Source of the DNA: Eledone cirrhosa
Taxonomy: Eukaryota
Direction: 5' to 3'
NCBI GenBank assembly: GCA_964016885.1
Contig: OZ024741.1
Location: forward strand, 95,976,001-96,040,000
DNA length: 64,000 nucleotides
Shown here: in pieces, positions 1 through 15,000 of the stretch
How positions within the stretch are numbered: the stretch's first letter is position 1
Layout: each line of letters begins with the position of its first letter
Position numbers and translations under genes: made by a program
Notes under the pieces: generated by a model
The model's database searches: none
Told to the model about the DNA's origin: nothing
Seen by the model: the letters and a program-made list of their open reading frames with translations, nothing else

Positions 1-3000
1 TTGGGTGTAGTGGTTAGTGTTGGATGTAGTGGTTAGTGTTGGATGATGTTTAGCCTTGGGTGTAGTAATTAGTGTCGGGTGTAGTGGTTAGTGTTGGATG
101 TAGTGGTTAGTGTTGGATGTAGTGGTTAGTGTTGGATATGATGTTTAGCATTGGGTGTAGTAATTAGTGTTGGGTGTAGTTGTTAGTGTTGGATGTAGTG
201 GTTAGTGTTGGATGATGTTTAGCCTTGGGTGTAGTAATTAGTGTTGGGTGTAGTTGTTAGTGTTGGATGTAGTGGTTAGTGTTGGATGTAGTGGTTAGTG
301 TTGGATATGATGTTTAGCATTGGGTGTAGTAATTAGTGTTGGGTGTAGTTGTTAGTGTTGGATGTAGTGGTTAGTGTTGGATGATGTTTAGCCTTGGGTG
401 TAGTAATTAGTGTTGGGTGTAGTTGTTAGTGTTGGATGTAGTGGTTAGTGTTGGATGATGTTTAGCCTTGGGTGTAGTAATTAGTGTTGGGTGTAGTTGT
501 TAGTGTTGGATGTAGTGGTTAGTGTTGGATGATGTTTAGCCTTGGGTGTAGTAATTAGTGTTGGGTGTAGTTGTTAGTGTTGGATGTAGTGGTTAGTGTT
601 GGATGTAGTGGTTAGTGTTGGATGATGTTTAGCCTTGGGTGTAGTAATTAGTGTTGGGTGTAGTTGTTAGTGTTGGATGTAGTGGTTAGTGTTGGATGAT
701 GTTTAGCCTTGGGTGTAGTAATTAGTGTTGGGTGTAGTTGTTAGTGTTGGATGTAGTGGTTAGTGTTGGATGTAGTGGTTAGTGTTGGATGATGCTTAGC
801 CTTGGGTGTAGTAATTAGTGCCGGGTGTAGTGGTTAGTCTTGGATATGATGTTTAGCCTTGGGTGTAGTAATTAGTGTTGGGTGTAGTTGTTAGTGTTGG
901 ATGTAGTGGTTAGTGTTGGATGATGTTTAGTCTTGGGTGTAGTAATTAGTGTTGGGTGTAGTTGTTAGTGTTGGATGTAGTGGTTAGTGTTGGATGATGT
1001 TTAGCCTTGGGTGTAGTAATTAGTGTTTGGTGTAGTGGTTAGTGTTGGATGATGATTAGCCTTGGGTGTAGTAATTAGTGTCGGGTGTAGTGGTTAGTGT
1101 TGGATATGATGTTTAGCCTTGGCTGTAGTAATTAGTGTTGGGTGTAGTTGTTAGTGTTGGATGTAGTGGTTAGTGTTGGATGATGTTTAGCCTTGGGTGT
1201 AGTAATTAGTGTTGGGTGTAGTTGTTAGTGTTGGATGTAGTGGTTAGTGTTGGATGATGTTTAGCCTTGGGTGTAGTAATTAGTGTTTAGTGTAGTGGTT
1301 AGTGTTGGATGATGTTTAGCCTTGGGTGTAGTAATTAGTGCCGGGTGTAGTTGTTAGTGTTGGATGTAGTGGTTAGTGTTGGATGTAGTGGTTAGTGTTG
1401 GATATGATGTTTAGCATTGGGTGTAGTAATTAGTGTTGAGTGTAGTTGTTAGTGTTGGATGTAGTGGTTAGTGTTGGATGATGTTTAGCCTTGGGTGTAG
1501 TAATTAGTGTTGGGTGTAGTTGTTAGTGTTGGATGTAGTGGTTAGTGTTGGATGATGTTTAGCGTTGGGTGAAGTAATTAGTGTTGGGTGTAGTTGTTAG
1601 TGTTGGATGTAGTGGTTAGTGTTGGATGATGTTTAGCCTTGGGTGTAGTAATTAGTGTTTAGTGTAGTGGTTAGTGTTGGATGATGTTTAGCCTTGGGTG
1701 CAGTAATTAGTGCCGGGTGTAGTTGTTAGTGTTGGATGTAGTGGTTAGTGTTGGATGATGTTTAGCCTTGGGTGTAGTAATTAGTGTTGGGTGTAGTTGT
1801 TAGTGTTGGATGTAGTGGTTAGTGTTGGATGATGTTTAGCCTTGGGTGTAGTAATTAGTGTTGGGTGTAGTTGTTAGTGTTGGATGTAGTGGTTAGTGTT
1901 GGATGTAGTGGTTAGTGTTGGATGATGTTTAGCCTTGGGTGTAGTAATTAGTGTTTAGTGTAGTGGTTAGTGTTGGATGATGTTTAGCCTTGGGTGTAGT
2001 AATTAGTGCCGGGTGTAGTTGTTAGTGTTGGATGTAGTGGTTAGTGTTGGATGATGTTTAGCCTTGGGTGTAGTAATTAGTGTTGGGTGTAGTTGTTAGT
2101 GTTGGATGTAGTGGTTAGTGTTGGATGATGTTTAGCCTTGGGTGTAGTAATTAGTGTTGGGTGTAGTTGTTAGTGTTGGATGTAGTGGTTAGTGTTGGAT
2201 GTAGTGGTTAGTGTTGGATGATGTTTAGCCTTGGGTGTAGTAATTAGTGTTTAGTGTAGTGGTTAGTGTTGGATGATGTTTAGCCTTGGGTGTAGTAATT
2301 AGTGCCGGGTGTAGTTGTTAGTGTTGGATGTAGTGGTTAGTGTTGGATGATGTTTAGCCTTGGGTGTAGTAATTAGTGTTGGGTGTAGTTGTTAGTGTTG
2401 GATGTAGTGGTTAGTGTTGGATGATGTTTAGCCTTGGGTGTAGTAATTAGTGTTGGGTGTAGTTGTTAGTGTTGGATGTAGTGGTTAGTGTTGGATGTAG
2501 TGGTTAGTGTTGGATGATGTTTAGCCTTGGGTGTAGTAATTAGTGTTTAGTGTAGTGGTTAGTGTTGAATGATGTTTAGCCTTGGGTGTAGTAATTAGTG
2601 CCGGGTGTAGTTGTTAGTGTTGGGTGTAGTTGTTAGTGTTGGATGTAGTGGTTAGTGTTGGATGATGTTTAGCCTTGGGTGTAGTAATTAGTGTTGGGTG
2701 TAGTTGTTAGTGTTGGATGTAGTGGTTAGTGTTGGATGATGTTTAGCCTTGGGTGTAGTAATTAGTGTCGGGTGTAGTGGTTAGTGTTGGATGTAGTGGT
2801 TAGTGTTGGATGTAGTGGTTAGTGTTGGATATGATGTTTAGCATTGGGTGTAGTAATTAGTGTTGGGTGTAGTTGTTAGTGTTGGATGTAGTGGTTAGTG
2901 TTGGATGATGTTTAGCCTTGGGTGTAGTAATTAGTGTTGGGTGTAGTTGTTAGTGTTGGATGTAGTGGTTAGTGTTGGATGTAGTGGTTAGTGTTGGATG

Positions 3001-6000
3001 ATGTTTAGCCTTGGGTGTAGTAATTAGTGTTTAGTGTAGTGGTTAGTGTTTGATGATGTTTAGCCTTGGGTGTAGTAATTAGTGCCGGGTGTAGTTGTTA
3101 GTGTTGGATGTAGTGGTTAGTGTTGGATGATGTTTAGCCTTGGGTGTAGTAATTAGTGTTGGGTGTAGTGGTTAGTGTTGGATGTAATGGTTAGTGTTGG
3201 ATGATGTTTAACCTTGGGTGTAGTAATTAGTGTTGGGTGTAGTTGTTAGTGTTGGATGTAGTGGTTAGTGTTGGATGATGTTTAGCCTTGGGTGTAGTAA
3301 TTAGTGTTGGGTGTAGTTGTTAGTGTTGGATGGTTGGATGTAGTGGTTAGTGTTGGATGATGTTTAGCCTTGGGTGTAGTAATTAGTGTTGGGTGTAGTT
3401 GTTAGTGTTGGATGTAGTGGTTAGTGTTGGATGATGTTTAGCCTTGGGTGTAGTAATTAGTGTTGGGTGTAGTTGTTAATGTTGGATGTAGTGGTTAGTG
3501 TTGGATGTAGTGGTTAGTGTTGGATGATGTTTAGCCTTGGGTGTAGTAATTAGTGTCGAGTGTAGTGGTTAGTGTTGGATATGATGTTTAGCCTTGGGTG
3601 TAGTAATTAGTGTTGGGTGTAGTTGTTAGTGTTGGATGTAGTGGTTAGTGTTGGATATGATGTTTAGCGTTGGGTGTAGTAATTAGTGTTGGGTGTAGTG
3701 GTTAATGTTGGATGTAGTGGTTAGTGTTGGATGTAGTGGTTAGTGTTGGATATGATGTTTGGCGTTGGGTGTAGTAATTAGTGTTGGATGTAGTGGTTAG
3801 TGTTGGATATGATGTTTAGCGTTGGGTGTAGTAATTAGTGTTGGATGTAGTGGTTAGTGTTGGATATGATGTTTAGCGTTGGGTGTAGTAATTAGTGTTG
3901 GATGTAGTGGTTAGTGTTGGATATGATGTTTAGCGTTGGGTGTAGTAATTAGTGTTGGATGTAGTGGTTAGTGTTGGATATGATGTTTAGCGTTGGGTGA
4001 AGTAATTAGTGTTGGATGTAGTGGTTAGTGTTGGATATGATGTTTAGCCTTGGGTGTAGTAATTAGTGTTGGGTGTAGTTGTTAGTGTTGGATGTAGTGG
4101 TTAGTGTTGGATGATGTTTAGCCTTGGGTGTAGTAATTAGTGTTGGATGTAGTGGTTAGTGTTGGATGTAGTGGTTAGTGTTGGATGATGTTTAGCCTTG
4201 GGTGTAGTAATTAGTGTTTAGTGTAGTGGTTAGTGTTGGATGATGTTTAGCCTTGGGTGTAGTAATTAGTGCCGGGTGTAGTGGTTAGTGTTGGATGATG
4301 TTTAGCCTTGGGTGTAGTAATTAGTGTTGGGTGTAGTTGTTAGTGTTGGATGTAGTGGTTAGTGTTGGATGATGTTTAGCCTTGGGTGTAGTAATTAGTG
4401 TTGGGTGTAGTTGTTAGTGTTGGATGTAGTGGTTAGTGTTGGATGATGTTTAGCCTTGGGTGTAGTAATTAGTGTTTAGTGTAGTGGTTAGTGTTGGATG
4501 ATGTTTAGCCTTGGGTGTAGTAATTAGTGCCGGGTGTAGTTGTTAGTGTTGGATGTAGTGGTTAGTGTTGGATGATGTTTAGCCTTGGGTGTAGTAATTA
4601 GTGTTGGGTGTAGTTGTTAGTGTTGGATGTAGTGGTTAGTGTTGGATGATGTTTAGCCTTGGGTGTAGTAATTAGTGTTGGGTGTAGTTGTTAGTGTTGG
4701 ATGTAGTGGTTAGTGTTGGATGTAGTGGTTAGTGTTGGATGATGTTTAGCCTTGGGTGTAGTAATTAGTGTTTAGTGTAGTGGTTAGTGTTGGATGATGT
4801 TTAGCCTTGGGTGTAGTAATTAGTGCCGGGTGTAGTTGTTAGTGTTGGGTGTAGTTGTTAGTGTTGGATGTAGTGGTTAGTGTTGGATGATGTTTAGCCT
4901 TGGGTGTAGTAATTAGTGTTGGGTGTAGTTGTTAGTGTTGGATGTAGTGGTTAGTGTTGGATGATGTTTAGCCTTGGGTGTAGTAATTAGTGTCGGGTGT
5001 AGTGGTTAGTGTTGGATGTAGTGGTTAGTGTTGGATGTAGTGGTTAGTGTTGGATATGATGTTTAGCATTGGGTGTAGTAATTAGTGTTGGGTGTAGTTG
5101 TTAGTGTTGGATGTAGTGGTTAGTGTTGGATGATGTTTAGCCTTGGGTGTAGTAATTAGTGTTGGGTGTAGTTGTTAGTGTTGGATGTAGTGGTTAGTGT
5201 TGGATGTAGTGGTTAGTGTTGGATGATGTTTAGCCTTGGGTGTAGTAATTAGTGTTTAGTGTAGTGGTTAGTGTTGGATGATGTTTAGCCTTGGGTGTAG
5301 TAATTAGTGCCGGGTGTAGTTGTTAGTGTTGGATGTAGTGGTTAGTGTTGGATGATGTTTAGCCTTGGGTGTAGTAATTAGTGTTGGGTGTAGTGGTTAG
5401 TGTTGGATGTAGTGGTTAGTGTTGGATGATGTTTAGCCTTGGGTGTAGTAATTAGTGTTGGGTGTAGTTGTTAGTGTTGGATGTAGTGGTTAGTGTTGGA
5501 TGATGTTTAGCCTTGGGTGTAGTAATTAGTGTTGGGTGTAGTTGTTAGTGTTGGATGTAGTGGTTAGTGTTGGATGATGTTTAGCCTTGGGTGTAGTAAT
5601 TAGTGTTGGATGTAGTTGTTAGTGTTGGATGTAGTGGTTAGTGTTGGATGATGTTTAGCCTTGGGTGTAGTAATTAGTGTCGGGTGTAGTGGTTAGTGTT
5701 GGATATGATGTTTAGCCTTGGGTGTAGTAATTAGTGTTGGGTGTAGTTGTTAGTGTTGGATGTAGTGGTTAGTGTTGGATGATGTTTAGCCTTGGGTGTA
5801 GTAATTAGTGTCGGGTGTAGTGGTTAGTGTTGGATGTAGTGGTTAGTGTTGGATGTAGTGGTTAGTGTTGGATATGATGTTTAGCATTGGGTGTAGTAAT
5901 TAGTGTTGGGTGTAGTTGTTAGTGTTGGATGTAGTGGTTAGTGTTGGATGATGTTTAGCCTTGGGTGTAGTAATTAGTGTTGGGTGTAGTTGTTAGTGTT

Positions 6001-9000
6001 GGATGTAGTGGTTAGTGTTGGATGTAGTGGTTAGTGTTGGATGATGTTTAGCCTTGGGTGTAGTAATTAGTGTTTAGTGTAGTGGTTAGTGTTTGATGAT
6101 GTTTAGCCTTGGGTGTAGTAATTAGTGCCGGGTGTAGTTGTTAGTGTTGGATGTAGTGGTTAGTGTTGGATGATGTTTAGCCTTGGGTGTAGTAATTAGT
6201 GTTGGGTGTGGTGGTTAGTGTTGGATGTAATGGTTAGTGTTGGATGATGTTTAACCTTGGGTGTAGTAATTAGTGTTGGGTGTAGTTGTTAGTGTTGGAT
6301 GTAGTGGTTAGTGTTGGATGATGTTTAGCCTTGGGTGTAGTAATTAGTGTTGGGTGTAGTTGTTAGTGTTGGATGTAGTGGTTAGTGTTGGATGATGTTT
6401 AGCCTTGGGTGTAGTAATTAGTGTTGGGTGTAGTTGTTAGTGTTGGATGTAGTGGTTAGTGTTGGATGATGTTTAGCCTTGGGTGTAGTAATTAGTGTTG
6501 GGTGTAGTTGTTAATGTTGGATGTAGTGGTTAGTGTTGGATGTAGTGGTTAGTGTTGGATGATGTTTAGCCTTGGGTGTAGTAATTAGTGTCGGGTGTAG
6601 TGGTTAGTGTTGGATATGATGTTTAGCCTTGGGTGTAGTAATTAGTGTTGGGTGTAGTTGTTAGTGTTGGATGTAGTGGTTAGTGTTGGATATGATGTTT
6701 AGCGTTGGGTGTAGTAATTAGTGTTGGGTGTAGTGGTTAATGTTGGATGTAGTGGTTAGTGTTGGATGTAGTGGTTAGTGTTGGATATGATGTTTGGCGT
6801 TGGGTGTAGTAATTAGTGTTGGATGTAGTGGTTAGTGTTGGATATGATGTTTAGCGTTGGGTGTAGTAATTAGTGTTGGATGTAGTGGTTAGTGTTGGAT
6901 ATGATGTTTAGCGTTGGGTGTAGTAATTAGTGTTGGATGTAGTGGTTAGTGTTGGATATGATGTTTAGCGTTGGGTGTAGTAATTAGTGTTGGATGTAGT
7001 GGTTAGTGTTGGATATGATGTTTAGCGTTGGGTGAAGTAATTAGTGTTGGATGTAGTGGTTAGTGTTGGATATGATGTTTAGCCTTGGGTGTAGTAATTA
7101 GTGTTGGGTGTAGTTGTTAGTGTTGGATGTAGTGGTTAGTGTTGGATGATGTTTAGCCTTGGGTGTAGTAATTAGTGTTGGGTGTAGTTGTTAGTGTTGG
7201 ATGTAGTGGTTAGTGTTGGATGATGTTTAGCCTTGGGTGTAGTAATTAGTGTTGGGTGTAGTTGTTAGTGTTGGATGTAGTGGTTAGTGTTGGATGTAGT
7301 GGTTAGTGTTGGATGATGTTTAGCCTTGGGTGTAGTAATTAGTGTTTAGTGTAGTGGTTAGTGTTGGATGATGTTTAGCCTTGGGTGTAGTAATTAGTGC
7401 CGGGTGTAGTGGTTAGTGTTGGATGATGTTTAGCCTTGGGTGTAGTAATTAGTGTTGGGTGTAGTTGTTAGTGTTGGATGTAGTGGTTAGTGTTGGATGA
7501 TGTTTAGCCTTGGGTGTAGTAATTAGTGTTGGGTGTAGTTGTTAGTGTTGGATGTAGTGGTTAGTGTTGGATGATGTTTAGCCTTGGGTGTAGTAATTAG
7601 TGCCGGGTGTAGTTGTTAGTGTTGGATGTAGTGGTTAGTGTTGGATGATGTTTAGCCTTGGGTGTAGTAATTAGTGTTGGGTGTAGTTGTTAGTGTTGGA
7701 TGTAGTGGTTAGTGTTGGATGATGTTTAGCCTTGGGTGTAGTAATTAGTGTTGGGTGTAGTTGTTAGTGTTGGATGTAGTGGTTAGTGTTGGATGTAGTG
7801 GTTAGTGTTGGATGATGTTTAGCCTTGGGTGTAGTAATTAGTGTTTAGTGTAGTGGTTAGTGTTGGATGATGTTTAGCCTTGGGTGTAGTAATTAGTGCC
7901 GGGTGTAGTTGTTAGTGTTGGGTGTAGTTGTTAGTGTTGGATGTAGTGGTTAGTGTTGGATGATGTTTAGCCTTGGGTGTAGTAATTAGTGTTGGGTGTA
8001 GTTGTTAGTGTTGGATGTAGTGGTTAGTGTTGGATGATGTTTAGCCTTGGGTGTAGTAATTAGTGTCGGGTGTAGTGGTTAGTGTTGGATGTAGTGGTTA
8101 GTGTTGGATGTAGTGGTTAGTGTTGGATATGATGTTTAGCATTGGGTGTAGTAATTAGTGTCGGGTGTAGTGGTTAGTGTTGGATGTAGTGGTTAGTGTT
8201 GGATGTAGTGGTTAGTGTTGGATATGATGTTTAGCATTGGGTGTAGTAATTAGTGTTGGGTGTAGTTGTTAGTGTTGGATGTAGTGGTTAGTGTTGGATG
8301 ATGTTTAGCCTTGGGTGTAGTAATTAGTGTTGGGTGTAGTTGTTAGTGTTGGATGTAGTGGTTAGTGTTGGATGTAGTGGTTAGTGTTGGATGATGTTTA
8401 GCCTTGGGTGTAGTAATTAGTGTTTAGTGTAGTGGTTAGTGTTTGATGATGTTTAGCCTTGGGTGTAGTAATTAGTGCCGGGTGTAGTTGTTAGTGTTGG
8501 ATGTAGTGGTTAGTGTTGGATGATGTTTAGCCTTGGGTGTAGTAATTAGTGTTGGGTGTAGTGGTTAGTGTTGGATGTAATGGTTAGTGTTGGATGATGT
8601 TTAACCTTGGGTGTAGTAATTAGTGTTGGGTGTAGTTGTTAGTGTTGGATGTAGTGGTTAGTGTTGGATGATGTTTAGCCTTGGGTGTAGTAATTAGTGT
8701 TGGGTGTAGTTGTTAGTGTTGGATGTAGTGGTTAGTGTTGGATGATGTTTAGCCTTGGGTGTAGTAATTAGTGTTGGGTGTAGTTGTTAGTGTTGGATGT
8801 AGTGGTTAGTGTTGGATGATGTTTAGCCTTGGGTGTAGTAATTAGTGTTGGGTGTAGTTGTTAATGTTGGATGTAGTGGTTAGTGTTGGATGTAGTGGTT
8901 AGTGTTGGATGATGTTTAGCCTTGGGTGTAGTAATTAGTGTCGGGTGTAGTGGTTAGTGTTGGATATGATGTTTAGCCTTGGGTGTAGTAATTAGTGTTG

Positions 9001-12000
9001 GGTGTAGTTGTTAGTGTTGGATGTAGTGGTTAGTGTTGGATATGATGTTTAGCGTTGGGTGTAGTAATTAGTGTTGGGTGTAGTGGTTAATGTTGGATGT
9101 AGTGGTTAGTGTTGGATGTAGTGGTTAGTGTTGGATATGATGTTTGGCGTTGGGTGTAGTAATTAGTGTTGGATGTAGTGGTTAGTGTTGGATATGATGT
9201 TTAGCGTTGGGTGTAGTAATTAGTGTTGGATGTAGTGGTTAGTGTTGGATATGATGTTTAGCGTTGGGTGTAGTAATTAGTGTTGGATGTAGTGGTTAGT
9301 GTTGGATATGATGTTTAGCGTTGGGTGTAGTAATTAGTGTTGGATGTAGTGGTTAGTGTTGGATATGATGTTTAGCGTTGGGTGAAGTAATTAGTGTTGG
9401 ATGTAGTGGTTAGTGTTGGATATGATGTTTAGCCTTGGGTGTAGTAATTAGTGTTGGGTGTAGTTGTTAGTGTTGGATGTAGTGGTTAGTGTTGGATGAT
9501 GTTTAGCCTTGGGTGTAGTAATTAGTGTTGGGTGTAGTTGTTAGTGTTGGATGTAGTGGTTAGTGTTGGATGATGTTTAGCCTTGGGTGTAGTAATTAGT
9601 GTTGGGTGTAGTTGTTAGTGTTGGATGTAGTGGTTAGTGTTGGATGTAGTGGTTAGTGTTGGATGATGTTTAGCCTTGGGTGTAGTAATTAGTGTTTAGT
9701 GTAGTGGTTAGTGTTGGATGATGTTTAGCCTTGGGTGTAGTAATTAGTGCCGGGTGTAGTGGTTAGTGTTGGATGATGTTTAGCCTTGGGTGTAGTAATT
9801 AGTGTTGGGTGTAGTTGTTAGTGTTGGATGTAGTGGTTAGTGTTGGATGATGTTTAGCCTTGGGTGTAGTAATTAGTGTTGGGTGTAGTTGTTAGTGTTG
9901 GATGTAGTGGTTAGTGTTGGATGATGTTTAGCCTTGGGTGTAGTAATTAGTGTTTAGTGTAGTGGTTAGTGTTGGATGATGTTTAGCCTTGGGTGTAGTA
10001 ATTAGTGCCGGGTGTAGTTGTTAGTGTTGGATGTAGTGGTTAGTGTTGGATGATGTTTAGCCTTGGGTGTAGTAATTAGTGTTGGGTGTAGTTGTTAGTG
10101 TTGGATGTATTGGTTAGTGTTGGATGATGTTTAGCCTTGGGTGTAGTAATTAGTGTTGGGTGTAGTTGTTAGTGTTGGATGTAGTGGTTAGTGTTGGATG
10201 TAGTGGTTAGTGTTGGATGATGTTTAGCCTTGGGTGTAGTAATTAGTGTTTAGTGTAGTGGTTAGTGTTGGATGATGTTTAGCCTTGGGTGTAGTAATTA
10301 GTGCCGGGTGTAGTTGTTAGTGTTGGGTGTAGTTGTTAGTGTTGGATGTAGTGGTTAGTGTTGGATGATGTTTAGCCTTGGGTGTAGTAATTAGTGTTGG
10401 GTGTAGTTGTTAGTGTTGGATGTAGTGGTTAGTGTTGGATGATGTTTAGCCTTGGGTGTAGTAATTAGTGTCGGGTGTAGTGGTTAGTGTTGGATGTAGT
10501 GGTTAGTGTTGGATGTAGTGGTTAGTGTTGGATATGATGTTTAGCATTGGGTGTAGTAATTAGTGTTGGGTGTAGTTGTTAGTGTTGGATGTAGTGGTTA
10601 GTGTTGGATGATGTTTAGCCTTGGGTGTAGTAATTAGTGTTGGGTGTAGTTGTTAGTGTTGGATGTAGTGGTTAGTGTTGGATGTAGTGGTTAGTGTTGG
10701 ATGATGTTTAGCCTTGGGTGTAGTAATTAGTGTTTAGTGTAGTGGTTAGTGTTGGATGATGTTTAGCCTTGGGTGTAGTAATTAGTGCCGGGTGTAGTTG
10801 TTAGTGTTGGATGTAGTGGTTAGTGTTGGATGATGTTTAGCCTTGGGTGTAGTAATTAGTGTTGGGTGTAGTGGTTAGTGTTGGATGTAGTGGTTAGTGT
10901 TGGATGATGTTTAGCCTTGGGTGTAGTAATTAGTGTTGGGTGTAGTTGTTAGTGTTGGATGTAGTGGTTAGTGTTGGATGATGTTTAGCCTTGGGTGTAG
11001 TAATTAGTGTTGGGTGTAGTTGTTAGTGTTGGATGTAGTGGTTAGTGTTGGATGATGTTTAGCCTTGGGTGTAGTAATTAGTGTTGGATGTAGTTGTTAG
11101 TGTTGGATGTAGTGGTTAGTGTTGGATGATGTTTAGCCTTGGGTGTAGTAATTAGTGTCGGGTGTAGTGGTTAGTGTTGGATATGATGTTTAGCCTTGGG
11201 TGTAGTAATTAGTGTTGGGTGTAGTTGTTAGTGTTGGATGTAGTGGTTAGTGTCGGATGATGTTTAGCCTTGGGTGTAGTAATTAGTGTCGGGTGTAGTG
11301 GTTAGTGTTGGATGTAGTGGTTAGTGTTGGATGTAGTGGTTAGTGTTGGATATGATGTTTAGCATTGGGTGTAGTAATTAGTGTTGGGTGTAGTTGTTAG
11401 TGTTGGATGTAGTGGTTAGTGTTGGATGATGTTTAGCCTTGGGTGTAGTAATTAGTGTTGGGTGTAGTTGTTAGTGTTGGATGTAGTGGTTAGTGTTGGA
11501 TGTAGTGGTTAGTGTTGGATGATGTTTAGCCTTGGGTGTAGTAATTAGTGTTTAGTGTAGTGGTTAGTGTTTGATGATGTTTAGCCTTGGGTGTAGTAAT
11601 TAGTGCCGGGTGTAGTTGTTAGTGTTGGATGTAGTGGTTAGTGTTGGATGATGTTTAGCCTTGGGTGTAGTAATTAGTGTTGGGTGTGGTGGTTAGTGTT
11701 GGATGTAATGGTTAGTGTTGGATGATGTTTAACCTTGGGTGTAGTAATTAGTGTTGGGTGTAGTTGTTAGTGTTGGATGTAGTGGTTAGTGTTGGATGAT
11801 GTTTAGCCTTGGGTGTAGTAATTAGTGTTGGGTGTAGTTGTTAGTGTTGGATGTAGTGGTTAGTGTTGGATGATGTTTAGCCTTGGGTGTAGTAATTAGT
11901 GTTGGGTGTAGTTGTTAGTGTTGGATGTAGTGGTTAGTGTTGGATGATGTTTAGCCTTGGGTGTAGTAATTAGTGTTGGGTGTAGTTGTTAATGTTGGAT

Positions 12001-15000
12001 GTAGTGGTTAGTGTTGGATGTAGTGGTTAGTGTTGGATGATGTTTAGCCTTGGGTGTAGTAATTAGTGTCGGGTGTAGTGGTTAGTGTTGGATATGATGT
12101 TTAGCCTTGGGTGTAGTAATTAGTGTTGGGTGTAGTTGTTAGTGTTGGATGTAGTGGTTAGTGTTGGATATGATGTTTAGCGTTGGGTGTAGTAATTAGT
12201 GTTGGGTGTAGTGGTTAATGTTGGATGTAGTGGTTAGTGTTGGATGTAGTGGTTAGTGTTGGATATGATGTTTGGCGTTGGGTGTAGTAATTAGTGTTGG
12301 ATGTAGTGGTTAGTGTTGGATATGATGTTTAGCGTTGGGTGTAGTAATTAGTGTTGGATGTAGTGGTTAGTGTTGGATATGATGTTTAGCGTTGGGTGTA
12401 GTAATTAGTGTTGGATGTAGTGGTTAGTGTTGGATATGATGTTTAGCGTTGGGTGTAGTAATTAGTGTTGGATGTAGTGGTTAGTGTTGGATATGATGTT
12501 TAGCGTTGGGTGAAGTAATTAGTGTTGGATGTAGTGGTTAGTGTTGGATATGATGTTTAGCCTTGGGTGTAGTAATTAGTGTTGGGTGTAGTTGTTAGTG
12601 TTGGATGTAGTGGTTAGTGTTGGATGATGTTTAGCCTTGGGTGTAGTAATTAGTGTTGGGTGTAGTTGTTAGTGTTGGATGTAGTGGTTAGTGTTGGATG
12701 ATGTTTAGCCTTGGGTGTAGTAATTAGTGTTGGGTGTAGTTGTTAGTGTTGGATGTAGTGGTTAGTGTTGGATGTAGTGGTTAGTGTTGGATGATGTTTA
12801 GCCTTGGGTGTAGTAATTAGTGTTTAGTGTAGTGGTTAGTGTTGGATGATGTTTAGCCTTGGGTGTAGTAATTAGTGCCGGGTGTAGTGGTTAGTGTTGG
12901 ATGATGTTTAGCCTTGGGTGTAGTAATTAGTGTTGGGTGTAGTTGTTAGTGTTGGATGTAGTGGTTAGTGTTGGATGATGTTTAGCCTTGGGTGTAGTAA
13001 TTAGTGTTGGGTGTAGTTGTTAGTGTTGGATGTAGTGGTTAGTGTTGGATGATGTTTAGCCTTGGGTGTAGTAATTAGTGTTTAGTGTAGTGGTTAGTGT
13101 TGGATGATGTTTAGCCTTGGGTGTAGTAATTAGTGCCGGGTGTAGTTGTTAGTGTTGGATGTAGTGGTTAGTGTTGGATGATGTTTAGCCTTGGGTGTAG
13201 TAATTAGTGTTGGGTGTAGTTGTTAGTGTTGGATGTAGTGGTTAGTGTTGGATGATGTTTAGCCTTGGGTGTAGTAATTAGTGTTGGGTGTAGTTGTTAG
13301 TGTTGGATGTAGTGGTTAGTGTTGGATGTAGTGGTTAGTGTTGGATGATGTTTAGCCTTGGGTGTAGTAATTAGTGTTTAGTGTAGTGGTTAGTGTTGGA
13401 TGATGTTTAGCCTTGGGTGTAGTAATTAGTGCCGGGTGTAGTTGTTAGTGTTGGGTGTAGTTGTTAGTGTTGGATGTAGTGGTTAGTGTTGGATGATGTT
13501 TAGCCTTGGGTGTAGTAATTAGTGTTGGGTGTAGTTGTTAGTGTTGGATGTAGTGGTTAGTGTTGGATGATGTTTAGCCTTGGGTGTAGTAATTAGTGTC
13601 GGGTGTAGTGGTTAGTGTTGGATGTAGTGGTTAGTGTTGGATGTAGTGGTTAGTGTTGGATATGATGTTTAGCATTGGGTGTAGTAATTAGTGTTGGGTG
13701 TAGTTGTTAGTGTTGGATGTAGTGGTTAGTGTTGGATGATGTTTAGCCTTGGGTGTAGTAATTAGTGTTGGGTGTAGTTGTTAGTGTTGGATGTAGTGGT
13801 TAGTGTTGGATGTAGTGGTTAGTGTTGGATGATGTTTAGCCTTGGGTGTAGTAATTAGTGTTTAGTGTAGTGGTTAGTGTTGGATGATGTTTAGCCTTGG
13901 GTGTAGTAATTAGTGCCGGGTGTAGTTGTTAGTGTTGGATGTAGTGGTTAGTGTTGGATGATGTTTAGCCTTGGGTGTAGTAATTAGTGTTGGGTGTAGT
14001 GGTTAGTGTTGGATGTAGTGGTTAGTGTTGGATGATGTTTAGCCTTGGGTGTAGTAATTAGTGTTGGGTGTAGTTGTTAGTGTTGGATGTAGTGGTTAGT
14101 GTTGGATGATGTTTAGCCTTGGGTGTAGTAATTAGTGTTGGGTGTAGTTGTTAGTGTTGGATGTAGTGGTTAGTGTTGGATGATGTTTAGCCTTGGGTGT
14201 AGTAATTAGTGTTGGATGTAGTTGTTAGTGTTGGATGTAGTGGTTAGTGTTGGATGATGTTTAGCCTTGGGTGTAGTAATTAGTGTCGGGTGTAGTGGTT
14301 AGTGTTGGATATGATGTTTAGCCTTGGGTGTAGTAATTAGTGTTGGGTGTAGTTGTTAGTGTTGGATGTAGTGGTTAGTGTTGGATGATGTTTAGCCTTG
14401 GGTGTAGTAATTAGTGTTGGGTGTAGTTGTGTTGGATGTAGTGGTTAGTGTTGGATGATGTTTAGCCTTGGGTGTAGTAATTAGTGTTGGGTGTAGTTGT
14501 TAATGTTGGATGTAGTGGTTAGTGTTGGATGTAGTGGTTAGTGTTGGATGATGTTTAGCCTTGGGTGTAGTAATTAGTGTCGGGTGTAGTGGTTAGTGTT
14601 GGATATGATGTTTAGCCTTGGGTATAGTAATTAGTGTTGGATGTAGTGGTTAGTGTTGGATGTAGTGGTTAGTGTTGGATATGATGTTTGGCGTTGGGTG
14701 TAGTAATTAGTGTTGGATGTAGTGGTTAGTGTTGGATATGATATTTAGCGTTGGGTGTAGTAATTAGTGTTGGATGTAGTGGTTAGTGTTGGATATGATG
14801 TTTAGCGTTGGGTGTAGTAATTAGTGTTGGATGTAGTGGTTAGTGTTGGATATGATGTTTAGCGTTGGGTGTAGTAATTAGTGTTGGATGTAGTGGTTAG
14901 TGTTGGATATGATGTTTAGCGTTGGGTGAAGTAATTAGTGTTGGATGTAGTGGTTAGTGTTGGATATGATGTTTAGCGTTGGGTGTAGTAATTAGTGTTG